This document shows positions 1-18,428 of a stretch of DNA of 64,000 bases, piece after piece. A program made the position numbers and the translations under genes. The notes beneath the pieces were generated by a model. That model did not search any database and had not been told where the DNA came from. It saw only the letters and a program-made list of their open reading frames with translations. This stretch comes from Felis catus (taxonomy: Eukaryota). Position 1 is the first letter of the stretch. Every line of letters starts with the position of its first letter. The stretch is from the NCBI RefSeq assembly GCF_018350175.1, contig NC_058368.1:143470001-143534000 (forward strand), written 5' to 3'.

Positions 1-4181
<4,181 letters not shown>

Positions 4182-4929
4182 TAAAGCTTATAAGTACATG
4201 ACAATACATATACACTTAACTTGTTTTAATTAACATTTTCTCAATTTAAAAAATGACCAATATTTAATATATTCATATTTAGGCATAATAGTCTGAAAGA
4301 AAGCTAAGAATTCTTTCCCTAAGCATTTAGTTAAGATCAGTTTGACAAACATTTATTGGGTATACACTATGTGCCAGGCATTTTTCTAGGTTCTTGCAAC
4401 ACCAGTGTAAATAACACAGGGTCACTGCCTTTGAGGGGTCCTCTCTTATGGCAGTAGCCCTTAACATTATCTGAAAGGGCCAAAGGATTTTAAATTGAAA
4501 AATGTACTTTTGAGCATAAAGCACAATTTATTTTCTATTATCTACACTATTATTCTTTAAAAATACACATTTATATTACATTGAACAATATTATTGCAAG
4601 TTTTATAAAAAGCTCAAGATGGTCGTTTTAAATTTTGGTTTTCTCTGTATTTCCTCCTTATGGTAAAATTGATATTAAAAATGGAAAACCTTTGCATTCT
4701 TTCTGGCTATGTCTATAGATTCCCAATGTTAAAAAGCTAGTCACAACACGTACCCTCAATGCATGTAATTATGAATACTCTCCCCAGAGATACTATTGGA
4801 AGTCAAGTATTTAGTCTTACAGATTGTGACATACTTTCAGTAGCCTTCTAACTGGAATCCCTATCCTTGTCTCTCCAAACCATCCTCCAGTACATTAGCC
4901 AGAATGATCTTAAAATGCAGACCATCACA

Positions 4930-5140
4930 AGAATTGAGCACTGGCTACATGCCAGGCACTGTGTTAAATTCTGTGCATACAAGATATCATCTACTCCTCA
5001 CAACAACCCTGTCATTATCATCAATTTTCAGACAATGAAATGAGTGCAAATTGTTTTAAGTGATTTGCTCAAGGTCATGGAAGACAGACTAGGATTGGTA
5101 CCCAGGTCTGTCTGATGCCAGAGCTATGCTCTTGGCTGTA
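4930..5140. mobile_element. MIR SINE (others at ~7610-7830, ~21080-21270, ~23840-23980, ~52200-52380, ~63850-64000)
   Basis: CCTCACAACAACCCTG...ATTTTCAGA...GATTTGCTCAAGGTCA core. Confidence 0.65.
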
Positions 5141-6740
5141 TATCCGTATTGCTTGGCCCAGTGCCTTGCTAATGGTAGCAATTTTCAATATGATTATTCA
5201 ATCAGGACACTGTTAAATAATTGTTAGGCTCATTTTGATTTAAAAAATGATGTTAGAATCTTGACATTTTTTCCCCCAGAAAATTAAAATTTCTCAATTG
5301 TCTAACATAGGTTATGCTTCTCTACAGTGAAATTTTGTTGAAACTTTACCTGGTAAAATGTGGGGGTAGAAGATGGGGCAATTAAAAAAAATGAAATCTC
5401 AGGCTTCTGGATGCATTAGCACTGGTGAAATGTGCCCCATTCTGTGATGACACTTGGTTTCGCTAACTGACAACTACTGGGCACTGTCAGCAGAAAGACT
5501 AGATTTTTTTTAGCTTTCTTAATTATGTTTTATTTATCTCTATGAGTTTTAGAAATTAAAAAATAATTCTGTCTAAATATTGTCAATTTAAAACAAAGTT
5601 CAAAAGCAAGGGGTTACGTCTCCTGCTTTAAAACCATTTTGAAGTTCTTCCCCCCTGATGTTCTCTAAATAGTATGACCAAAAAAAGTGGAAAGCTAGTT
5701 CACTAAAGCCAGGGAGACCTGCTTTGTTTCATTAAATCAACTGTGAAGATTAAGAGTTGGTTGACAACTTTTAAAAATTAGAAATCAATTTAAAGTTATA
5801 CCTTGAGAATTCTCTAGCATCTTGTGTGAGCAGACCATTTGTGATGAGTCAGAAACTGGTGACTGCCTTTATAGATCATTGAGGTCCTTGCTTCTCCTTT
5901 CCTGCCATCTCCACTGTGGTGACTTATCTTTTGCCACTTATTTTCTTCATTCACTCTCTCCTTCTTTCTCAGTATTTATTGACCTCCCATTACATGTTGG
6001 AAACTGTCCAATCATTGGGAATGACAACAAAAATAAAAGAAGATGGACTAATGGCTCCCCAAATCAGTCAGGATTATGGGAGCACAGTGTTTTGAAAAAG
6101 GACCCTTTTGGGAGTGAGCCAAATAATAGAGTAGGACTGAGAGGGTGAGGGAAGGTGAAGACCGAGTGAACCTTCAGTAAGATAGAGGTTTTTCCAGCAT
6201 TCAAGGCACGGAGGACATTCTAGAGACAGGAAATACCACACGAAAAGGCACATGGGTGAGAAAAAGTTCAAGGAAAGATGGGGCTTGTGTGATTGGAGCC
6301 TGGGACCTTGTGGAAAAGAGGCAAGAGCTATAGAGGGAAGCAGAAGCCAGATCCAGAAGGGGCTTCCATCCTTGCTATTTCTCCATCATTCTGTGGATAG
6401 TGAACCAGGCAGCTGAATAGGTTATAGCAGGGTTTATAACTATGGCTAAGGCAGCTACCATCTTCCCCCATGACCCATACATTTTCTAGTTGGCTTTCAC
6501 TTCTTGAGTATTTTAACCCTGTAAGGGTTATTACAACCTTTAGGTCTCTTTAGTAAACAGTTTCCATTATTTGGTATGCTAGGCTCCTGGTCCGGTGACA
6601 CTCTGAGCACCTTCTCAGAGTGATCCAGGCACACTGAGGCCATTGGCACAAATGTGAGGAGACTACTTGGATAAGTTGAACAAGTTCAACAAAAAGTCTG
6701 CAATCTTTGAAGAAGACAATGTATAAAAATTGAAGCTTTA

Positions 6741-6862
6741 GGGACACCCAGGTGGCTCAGTCAGTTAAGTATCCAACCATTGATTTCGGCTCAGGTCATG
6801 ATCCTAGCATTGTAGGATAAGCGCCAAGTCAGGCTCGGTACTGAGTGTGAAGCCTGCTTAAG

Positions 6863-6913
<51 letters not shown>

Positions 6914-6945
6914 CCCATCCCCCCAACCTCGGCCTCAAATTTAAA
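6741..6945 (+). mobile_element. CanSINE (tRNA-derived SINEC), older copy with long (CT)n
   Basis: GGGACACCCAGGTGGCTCAGTCAGTTAAG head; TSD aaaaattga(a/g)gcttta at 6725-6740 and 6946-6961. Confidence 0.9.
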
Positions 6946-7217
6946 AAAAATTGAGGCTTTACTAAGGAGAAAATTAAAATCCATGGTTTACTAAAACAAG
7001 TATGCTTTGAATTTATGTACTCAACAAGAACTCCTTCCTCTTGCATGAGAAAATAAACTTTCTATTGCTCTCACTCACAAACCTCCTAATTGTTTATCAT
7101 ACAGAATTATCTACAGTCAATTTAGATGAAGCAGCGAAGAAAATTTAAAGATTGATTTGTTAGTGAATGTCACATAGTAAATCTCTACCAAATGTACTAA
7201 ATTTATGAGGAAATTAG

Positions 7218-7403
<186 letters not shown>

Positions 7404-8766
7404 TGACCTGGTTTGTTCATGTCATTATAAGGAAAGAATTCTGAGCCAGAACAATCTGAATTAGGGATTGTGTATGCATATGTGGTTTGCCATTGTTGGT
7501 TTTATTCCATTAAAAGTGAAGGTCCTCAAAGTCTTCCATCTGTGTGTAATCAGTGAAACTACTTCCTTTCCAAGGATAAACGACTTGTCCTTAAAAACAT
7601 ATACACATTTATTAGGTGCTTACAATGACAGAGCAAATGCTTTGCATGCTTTATCCAATGTAATCCTTACAATAACCATATGAAACAGGTGTTATTAATT
7701 TGTTCCCATTTTCTAGGTAAGGAACTGAAACTTAGAGTTAAGTATATTACCCAAGGTCATAGTAAGTTCATAGTAAGTTGAGAGTCAAAATTTAAATTCA
7801 GATCTGAGTTCTTAACTTGCTCCACTATCCTGTCTTTCACTGGCTAGCTCTGCAGAAATGCTTGATGTCCAATGCCCAGGACAAATGCGTGTCTCTCATA
7901 GTACCACTATCTGGATGAATTTATGCCCTCCTAGCTGTTGGTCCCTGCTCCCTCCTCAGTGGAGGCAGGGGTGGGGAGCCATCTCCATCCATATGCAGAA
8001 ATGGCCCAGATATCCTCACTTGTCAATCACACGTGGCAGAGGGCTGCTGCAGAAGGCTGGTGCCCACGTTCCCTATCATGAGGGCTACTCTCACCCTAGT
8101 TTGCTTGAGAAGAGTCTCCTTAACTCCTGTTTTAGATCATTTAACACCCGCTAATTATTTCGAATGCCCCCACCAAGTATCCATTTTAGACGATAAATTA
8201 TATGATCACCTTATCACTAGCCCTGTAGTGAGAACCACTATATCCAGTGGGTATCTGGATTTGCCAGATGGGCAATAAACTTTCTCTTACTGTGGTGGAA
8301 GCTGTCCCCCTCCCTGGAGAGCACTTGTGAATGTAGTGCCCTGTCCAGTATCTTGCTTCTCCCTTCCTCACACAAGGATTTTCATGGAATGGTGAAAATG
8401 GCACTAAACGAAGGTCAGGGATCTTCATTCATTCACTGTGACGCCATCTTCAAGTTTTATCCTGTGGAAATGCAAGTAGGCAAGCCTTCCACACAAATAT
8501 CTTTTTGTTTGTTTGTTTCGTTAACTAAATCCTTCTGGATAATAATCTTACAGTGAATTTTATTGCAAAGCTAACCGTGGCCAAGAGACTTGATGTGTTG
8601 AAAACATAGACTGTGCCCATAATCTAAAATTCTCTTATGAAGACACCAGAGCTCAGTTCTTTAAAAGACTGGTGTTTCTCCTAAAAGAAAAGAAGCAAGA
8701 CGTGCACTTTGTGATTCATTAAAAAATGGTTTGTTTGTTTGTTTGTTTGTTTTATTTGTTTTTTAG

Positions 8767-9012
<246 letters not shown>

Positions 9013-10600
9013 TAAAACAGGCCTAGACACCCTCCACCTGCTCTATGCATCCAAGTCTAGTTTTTAGAATTCATCTTTCAATATTCCCCAAGATCACTTG
9101 TATCGTTTATATTTCTCTGGGGGGTTTATGTAATTCTGACATTTAAAGATTATTAGGCATGCCTGATGCTTATGGAAAAGGCCCAGAAAATCCTGAAAGT
9201 CTTAACATCCAAATCTAGCTGAAGGATACCTGAAAGTCAGGTCACAGCATCAACCATTCACTCTGTCACGTGGATTGGTCACCTTCTAAGAGTGAAGGAA
9301 AACAGCCTGAAAGCCTTACTCATGCTATGCCTTCCCTTTGGGTGCCAGCCTGATCTCCCAGTGCCTGGCATCCTCATGCTGGCCCCTGGGCCTGTCCTCT
9401 CCACTCCTACTCCCTAATCTGAAGTGACATCTCCTAGGGACCATTCCCTCTGAGCCTCACCCAGTGGCTGAGAGTAACATGTCAGTACACTTGCAGCATG
9501 CAAAAGGACGACATAATGTGATACCTCTTTCAGGTAACACATCAGTGTTTTTACAAGGGTCCTCCTGGGGACCAGATTCCTTAATTCAAGTATCTTATGG
9601 ACCGAGATTCCCCTGGGTGATTCTCAAGTTGCACCACAGAGGCAGCTCTTTGCTCTCCTAATTCCCTAGAACATTCAGTAAGTTCCTGGTTCTCCATGGA
9701 ACCAGGATTGACCAGGAGTAGTGTTTTCCTGGAGGATGGTCTCACACCTAATTGTCATATTGGAGGAAAGCACCATCTTATGAAGAGTTGGGACCTCCCT
9801 TTCAAAGTTCCCCAGTCCTCCCAGCTCTCAATTGAAGTCTGGAGATAGAACAAGGAAAAATGGGATAATGTTAAGCTTTTGATATGGAGATACTTCCAGG
9901 TAGGACTAATTTGAGTAGGTTAGATATGGCATCCTCAAAGGAGAATGAAAATCCTTCAGTTGCTTTATGTTTAAGGCAAAGCTTTAATCTTTTAAATTAG
10001 GCACCTCTTGTGAAGTGTAACATTAATAAAGTTCTTTGTGTTCCCTAAGAACCTTACCTTTGTTTGATAAAAATATTTTCTCTCTAGAACAAATTGGAAA
10101 AAAGAAAGCATTTTTTCTGCTTATGACAGTAATACATATCCATTTTTAAAAATTTGCAAAATACAGAAAAGCACAGAGAAGGTATCACCCAAAGATAACT
10201 ACTGACTGCATTTTAGGTATATATCCCACATTGAACAAATAGAAGTCCTTTTTCTTGCTTTGGAGAATTCTATTCTGGAAGCTAAGCCATTTGTTAATGA
10301 GTAGAGAGGAGCAGCATAAGAATTCATTGCTGGCCTTGCTTATCATAGAGAGTAGAGCAGAACTGGAAATTAAGCCCCCTCCACCCCTGCCCAGATCCCC
10401 CGACCCCTTCTGACCCTCATTTCCTTGCTGCTGGGGGTTATAGCCCCCAAAAGAAACAGACGGAGGGAAGATGAAAAGCTAAAAAATAATGCCTTTAGAA
10501 CATGCATAATCTTAAGGCTCTAGGTTGGTTTTACACTTTGTTGTTAATTAGTTTCTCTCTCTCTCTTTTTCTCTCTCCCTCTTTCTTATTACCTCGTAAG

Positions 10601-10623
10601 TCATTTGAGGAAATCAATGAAAG
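10601..10623 (+). CDS. CMYA5: CMYA5 exon 5, 23-nt microexon (SFEEINE+AG of Arg)
   Basis: Long CT tract then taag acceptor; AAG|gtatat donor. Needed to join the phase-0 end of exon 4 to the phase-2 start of exon 6, giving VFLT-SFEEINER-LLSAM as I recall for myospryn. Confidence 0.9.
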
Positions 10624-11624
10624 GTATATAAAACGTGGCACAATGTAGTGGCGACTGAGAATAGCATGACTGTATGCTTTATTTTTAATATTTTGATGCT
10701 TTCTAGAAAATGAGCTGCCAATTAAAAAATACATACCTTGACTGAGCTACTGAATTTTCACTTTTAGACACTGCTTTTAAAAGCTAAATGACAGCTTTGA
10801 AAGAATATTGCATGTGCTTTAGTTAAATAACAATTATAATGTAGATTTTTAACTGCTTCCTTGAGATGTATTCTGTATTTTCAGCCTAATCTGGACCGTC
10901 TTTCTTGTCATTGCATATAGAACATTTTGTAGATACTTAGACTTACTGGTTAAATATGAGCATTTGAAAGAATCATTCATTTTTGCTTTGAGTAATTTTG
11001 ACTTCTGCAATCTTAATGGAATGTTCTCTCAGTTTCTCTTCAAACGATAGGCATGCATGTATCTTCTCTTTCTTCTCAGCTAATCTAAGTGAATCTTCCT
11101 TTTTTGATTGTGTTTTGTCTTTGTTGATGCCGTTAAGACTCAATCTAAGGGATTTTTGTCATTATTTTAAAAGGCAAAACACTCAACAAGAAACTAGGAA
11201 ATGTCTATAAAAACACGTACCATCAGATCTGTGTTTATCTTTTGGAGCATCTGATGTTGAACTGCTCATACTGATCTGACACATTTTCCCTTTTGCCACA
11301 AAGCAAGACCTGAGGACTTTCCTACTAGTTGAGCCTAATGTTCTTATTTCTATCCCTTTGATGTACATTTTTTAAAATTGCAAATTTGGTTCAGATTACT
11401 TCAATGGCAAATTGCAAAAGAGCATAAAGCAAAATAAAAAAAATTGCATTTGTGTTATATTAAAACATAGAAACCTGATTTTTTTTTTAGATAATGAAAA
11501 CTGCACAGATGATTCCTGCTTACCTTTAAAAACAATCTATGCAACAGAATATTGCTAATACGTTTTAAGAAAATAACTTGTATGTTAGTACTGGCGTTAT
11601 TCAATAAGGGTTTTTATTACAATG

Positions 11625-11985
11625 GCTCTGTCATAAATCAAATTACCCAGGGAGCTTTAAAAAGCGCTGATGCTTGAATTGTGCCTCTTGTGATTCTGAT
11701 TTAATTGGGTTGGGATATGGCCTGGGCATTTTTAAAGCTTCTGAGGTGATTGTAATGGGCAGACAGGGTTGAGAACCTCTGGCGTATAACAATCCATCCT
11801 CCAGTGCACTGGTTCCGTAAACATGTTATGCCTGAATTACCTGTGAGGTTTGTTAAAGGAAAGCGCCTGGAGTCCCACCCCAGATCCACTGCAGGAGAAG
11901 CCAGGGTGGGATGATGGGTCTGCATGGTTACCAGTCCTCACACAGGAGTCTCAGGCACACCAGGTAGGTCTGGAAACTCATACCC
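11625..11985. mobile_element. MER5-like hAT-Charlie MITE fragments (two adjacent)
   Basis: GATTCTGATTTAATTGG...GGTTGAGAACCTCTG pattern; similar pieces at ~34370-34500, ~41490-41640 and ~42180-42330. Confidence 0.65.
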
Positions 11986-14151
11986 AGACCTTATTTCCAG
12001 TTCTCTTTATTTTTTAAAAAAGTATACATTTCTCTAAGTATTATTGAATTTTGTCTAAAGAGTATATGGATTTTTATATTACAGTGCCATTTCATATACA
12101 CTGGACAGTGTAGATGCATTATTTGCTTACTGATATTTCATCTACTCACTGAACATGCTGATTGGCATGAAAATTTGGTGAATACAAAATAGCAAACACT
12201 TTGACCTTCAAAAATGCTATAGTACATTTTTATTTTTCTCAATGTTAGGATGTTAACTTGCTAATATGAATTGGCATCCATTTAATTCTAAATACCAGTT
12301 CTTTGGTTTTGTGCTTGAACTTGTTCATCTGTGTGTCCTTTTAATTAATTTTTATTTCATTGTCCAATCGACAATGGATTAATCTTTGCTACAGCCGCAT
12401 GCCACCTAAAGGAGAATACACGTGGGTAACTGTTATTTTTCTTGAAGAAAAAAGACAACAAAACTTGGGATTTGGTGAAGAAACACGAGCAATTAATGAA
12501 AGCCCTTTTAGACACGCACAGGGGTGTGTGGACATGCGCACACACCTGCAAGCTGTAACGCTTGATTATTTCACCAGAAAGAAGACTCTCAGGTCCTCAA
12601 GACAACTTCTGCCTCAAAGCCTCAGTATTATTGGTGTTCTTTGCCATAATAACTGTTTATTATCTGGTTGTATTTTTTTTAACTTGTTGTTTCTTCTCCC
12701 TGCCTTCATATGATATCTCTAAAGGCAGTGCTTGTATATTAAATTATTTTTCTCAACACTGAAAACACTTAAATTAAGGAACGCTGTCAAGCATATTTAG
12801 ACTCAATATTTGCATATTTTGGAAAACACATTTGCTTAGAAAATGCTGGTCTGTTAAGAAGATGCATTTACTTTTTCTCTCTCCGGTTCGCTTGTTTGTG
12901 TTACAATAATGAAAAAGAAGGAGAGGCCCAACCATTGTAGGACCTGCCCTTAAAAAGATGCTTGCTCATCCTTTCATATACAGATGTTAAAATTGAACAG
13001 GGAAGTGTGTCAGGGAAAACTCAAACATTTCATTTGTGGTATCTACACCCAGAACTTTTGCGTTACAGAAACTCCCCCACGTAGTCAGTTACGTGCCTTG
13101 ATTAGGCTCGGTGAACGTGCTAGTCAGCACTATTCCTTAATTCAGAATCCGTCATCTCCACCCTCTGCCTCCCCAAAGCCTTCTTTTAGGCCTGTGGTGT
13201 CTTCCCTCACCCAGAGCATTGTGGGCTTCTCCCAACCCACTTCACTAATGCCTCTGGTCTGCATAGTTGCTCTGGTCCTTTCTTAGACTCATTCAGGGAT
13301 ATTCTTCTAAACTTCCCTTGTGAAAACACTCCTGTGGTTCTGTTTGCCTTGTGAGATAAGATGGAAACTCTTGGTAGATATGAAAGTCTTTTCACAGTCA
13401 AGCCACAAACCACCTTTCCATTTGTTCTCTGTCTTCAGTTTCCTGGTTCCCAAGGTAGCCCCTGGGTCCCTCTGGCCCCTCAGACGTGCTGCACCTTTCA
13501 CAGCTCTCAGCCTTTATTCAAGCTGTTCTTCTGTCTGCAACACCCTTCCTTCCTTTCCTGCCTCAGAAACTCCTATTCATTCTTCGAGACTCAGCCCAAA
13601 TTTCACCTCCTCTTTGAAACCCTCCTGGAACCATCTCTTGTAAAATCAGATGATAGTGTATTTTATTATTTTATTATTCCTAGCATTAGTAAGCATAGTG
13701 GGCACTCTTTAAATATTTCAGTTATATTTTATGATCTTTTCCCCTCACACTGATTAAAACATTTACCAGACCTGAGATCCTGATATCCTCACCCAAATGA
13801 AAGTATCCTCTATTCATCCCAAATTTATTTGTTAAAAGCTTATTGTGTGCCAAGTAACCTAGTACGGTATGGTGGTGAACAAAACAAAGTCCTTTCCTGC
13901 ATGTAGATTATATTCTGGTGAAATAGAAGCACAGAAACAAATAGGTTGTGATAAGTTTGAGGAGGTAAAATTCAAGAGTAAAGGATATTAAGGACAGGTT
14001 GTGCTGTGTGAGTAGTGTACTCTCTGAAGAGCTGACCTTTGAACAGAGATGCAGTGAGGAAGGAGCTATATAATATCTAGGAGAAGAAAGTTCCAACAGC
14101 AAGTGTAAAGGCTCAGAAGTGGATCTGTGCTACCCAAACCAAAAAGTCCAT

Positions 14152-14373
14152 GGGGCGCCTGGGTGGCGCAGTCGGTTAAGCGTCCGACTTCAGCCAGGTC
14201 ACGATCTCGCGGTCCGTGAGTTCGAGCCCCAGGTCGGGCTCTGGACTGATGGCTCGGAGCCTGGAGCCTGTTTCCGATTCTGTGTCTCCCTCTCTCTCTG
14301 CCCCTCCCCCGTTCATGCTCTGTCTCTCTCTGTCCCAAAAATAAATAAACGTTGACAAAAAAATTAAAAAAAA
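14152..14373 (+). mobile_element. Young felid CanSINE (SINEC_Fc-like)
   Basis: CpG-rich head GGGGCGCCTGGGTGGCGCAGTCGGTTAAGCGTCCGAC, GTTCGAGCCC B-box, CT tract and A tail; TSD aaaaagtcca at 14141-14150 and 14374-14383. Confidence 0.95.
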
Positions 14374-14713
14374 AAAAAGTCCACGATAGTGAAGCTAGTG
14401 GAGTTCCTCGAACCTGGCTTAATTGCTGGTATATATTTCTAGCCTCCTTTGAGCGAGATGCACAGAGGAGAGCTCCTAACGAAACTTAGGGCCCCTCATG
14501 CTAAAGTGGAATGGTTTTACAGTCTCTCCTTCCCCCTTTTCCTCTCTTCGGAATCAACCTGTTTTATTTTTGGTTGTTTTGTTTTGTTTTTTTTTTAAAG
14601 CCCAGGTTGTACCTGAAGACAAATGCTAAGAGTTAGCATCTCCGCTAAGAGGGTCTTGAGTATATAAAAGCTGTTGACTTATAAACTGTGGTTTAGTCTT
14701 TTAAGGATTTATA

Positions 14714-14926
14714 GGGGCACCTGGGTGGCTCAGTTGGTTAAGCGTCTGACTTCGGCTCAGGTCATGATCTCACAGTTGGTGAATTCAAGCCCCGCGTCTG
14801 GCTGCGTGCTGACAGCTCAGAGCCTGGAGCCTGCTTCAGATTCTGTGTCTCCCTGTCTCTCCCTGCCCCTCCCCCACTCATGTGTGCACTCTCTCTCTCT
14901 CAAAATAATATTAAAAAAATTTTTCT
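14714..14926 (+). mobile_element. CanSINE
   Basis: GGGGCACCTGGGTGGCTCAG head; degenerate TSD aggatttatag/agaatttatag. Confidence 0.9.
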
Positions 14927-15485
14927 AAAGAATTTATAGACTTTATCCTCCTTCACTGTTGTATCCCCAGTACCAGAACAGTGCCTGCCACATAGTAGGT
15001 GAACATAATTTTTGAAAAACTAAATAACTAGAAGCATAATAGTCAGAGTTGAGAAAAGCAAGGGCATCACAGAGTATGTGAATTTCCAGAAGGGCTGTCC
15101 ACCTTTATATCCTTCTGGAAATAATCATTAGAATATAGTAATAGGACTAGTATATTAGGACTATCTGTTAGGACTAACCATTATAATAGGACTCTCTATT
15201 AGGACTATCCATTAGGACTAAATTTATAGATGCAAAATTGAGACTGTATAACTTGATGGAATCTATCTGGTTTGGGAATATAGGTATGCAATTTCTAATA
15301 TTAACCAGTTACAACCAAAGAATCCTAAGAATAAATAGATTTTAGACATATGTTTTCTAGACTTTGAAACAGTTTAACTCCTTTTTGGATACAATGCCTC
15401 AAAAAAAACCCACCACCACCAACAACAACTTTATTTTAAACAATTATTTTCATTTTGTATGTTAGTAATTTCTTGACTTATGTAG

Positions 15486-16860
<1,375 letters not shown>

Positions 16861-17726
16861 AGTTTTTGTATGTAAGGAAATATAACTGGAAAAAAACCTC
16901 TTAGTTGTAAAAATTTACAGCTAGATTCTGAATCAAAGCATAAGACTAGCGTACCATTACAGTTATAATCTGCATTTCCATTTGAACCTTTGTGACTGTC
17001 TTAGAATATCAAGGAGATAGGGAGAAGGAGTGATGGAACCAAAGGTCTCATCTTTTTTTTTTTTTTTCTCTTTGTAAAACAAGATTTCTCCTCTGTCTTC
17101 TAGAGATTATTTGCTTCACTCCAGCAGTTAGGTATAGAAGGAAAAATAAACCAAATATTTTCATATCTGTTGAACAGATTTTTCCTTATGAGTGGTTTTT
17201 CTCTCTTCAACTGAGCCCCTGCCCCCTTTTTTTCATACTAAACAGATTAGTTAGAGAACTACCAGCTCAGCATCGTGCTCTGTGGCCAGGAGCCTCCTAC
17301 TCAGCTGTCAGAAGCATCCTGCTGGCTCTTTAAAATATTTTTTAATGTGCTATTTTAACAAACAAGACAATGAAACTTATTTAGATTTCCCAAAGCTGCT
17401 GTGTTTCAGTGAAGTTACCAAGTTTCACTTACTGTAAAATGTACTCACCTATCTTCCTTAAAAGATGCTATATTCCTTCTAGACCACCTTAAAGACAGCT
17501 GATGTTTTTAAACTGACAATTAATTTACATTCCTGTAGGAACAATTTTAGTTTAGTAACTAGTAAAAGGCTTTTTCTGTGTCTTTTAGAAAGACCCAAAA
17601 AACCCATCAACCTTATATAAAGTGCAAAATTCGATCATTTATCCTAATAGATTTTATCCATATATGTGTCAAACAAAAGGGTGGTTTTTGGTAGTGTCTT
17701 TAAGAGGCATTGAAATAGAGCGGTGA

Positions 17727-18428
17727 ACTATTGGTGGGAATGGAAACTGGTATAGTCACTCTGAAAAACAGTATGGAAGTTCCTCAAAAAATTAAAAATA
17801 GAGCTACCTTATGACCCAGCAATTGCACTACTAGGTATTTATCCAAAGGATACAAAAATGCTGATTTGAAGGGGCACACGCACCCCAGTGTTTATAGCAG
17901 CACTATCAACAATAGCCAAATTATGGAAAGAGCCCAACTGTCCATTGACTGATGAACGGGTAAAGAAGATGCAGTATATATAAAAAAAGGAATATTACTT
18001 AGCAATGAAAAAGAATGAAATCTTGCCATTTGCAACAACCTGGATGGAGCTGGAGTATATTATGCTAAGCGAAATAAGTCAGTAAGAGAAAGACAAATCT
18101 CATATGATTTAACTCATATGTGGAACTTAAGAAATAAAACAGGTGAACATAGGGGAAGGGAAGGAAAAATAAGATAAAAACAGAGAGGAAGGCAAACCAC
18201 AAGAATCTCTTAAATACAGAGAACAAACTTAGGGTTGCTTGTGGGGAGGTGGGTGGGGCGATGGGCTAAATGTGTGATGGGCATTAAGGAAGGCACTTGT
18301 TGGGATGAGCACTGGGTGTTATGTGTAAGTTATGAATCACTAAATTCTACACCTTAAACCATTACTACTATGGTAGGTAGTAGGGTATGTTAACTAACTT
18401 GGATTTAAATTTAAAAAACCCCAGCAAT
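17727..18428 (+). mobile_element. 5'-truncated carnivore L1 3' end
   Basis: ORF2-end text (GTATGGAAGTTCCTCAAAAAATTAAAAATAGAGCTACC) and 3' UTR; TSD tagagcggtga at 17716-17726 and 18429-18439. Confidence 0.9.

Noticed and set aside
8640..8678. Short inverted repeat acaccag...ctggtgt upstream of exon 4
   Set aside because: Stem of ~9 bp with a ~19-nt loop is within chance expectation
12360..12713. 117-aa ORF as an independent gene
   Set aside because: Non-ATG start and no recognisable domain; only the 27-nt segment has splice-site support
14152..14235. tRNA-like A/B box sequence
   Set aside because: This is the tRNA-derived SINE head followed by a CT tract, A tail and TSD, not a tRNA gene
14066..14928. 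ORFs such as WVAQLVKRLTSAQVMIS and PGWRSRLSVRLQPGHDL recurring through the window
   Set aside because: CanSINE translations, not a protein family
15141..15222. Repeat-spacer pattern resembling a mini CRISPR array
   Set aside because: 7-bp repeats with 6-11-nt spacers in a mammalian intron and no cas genes
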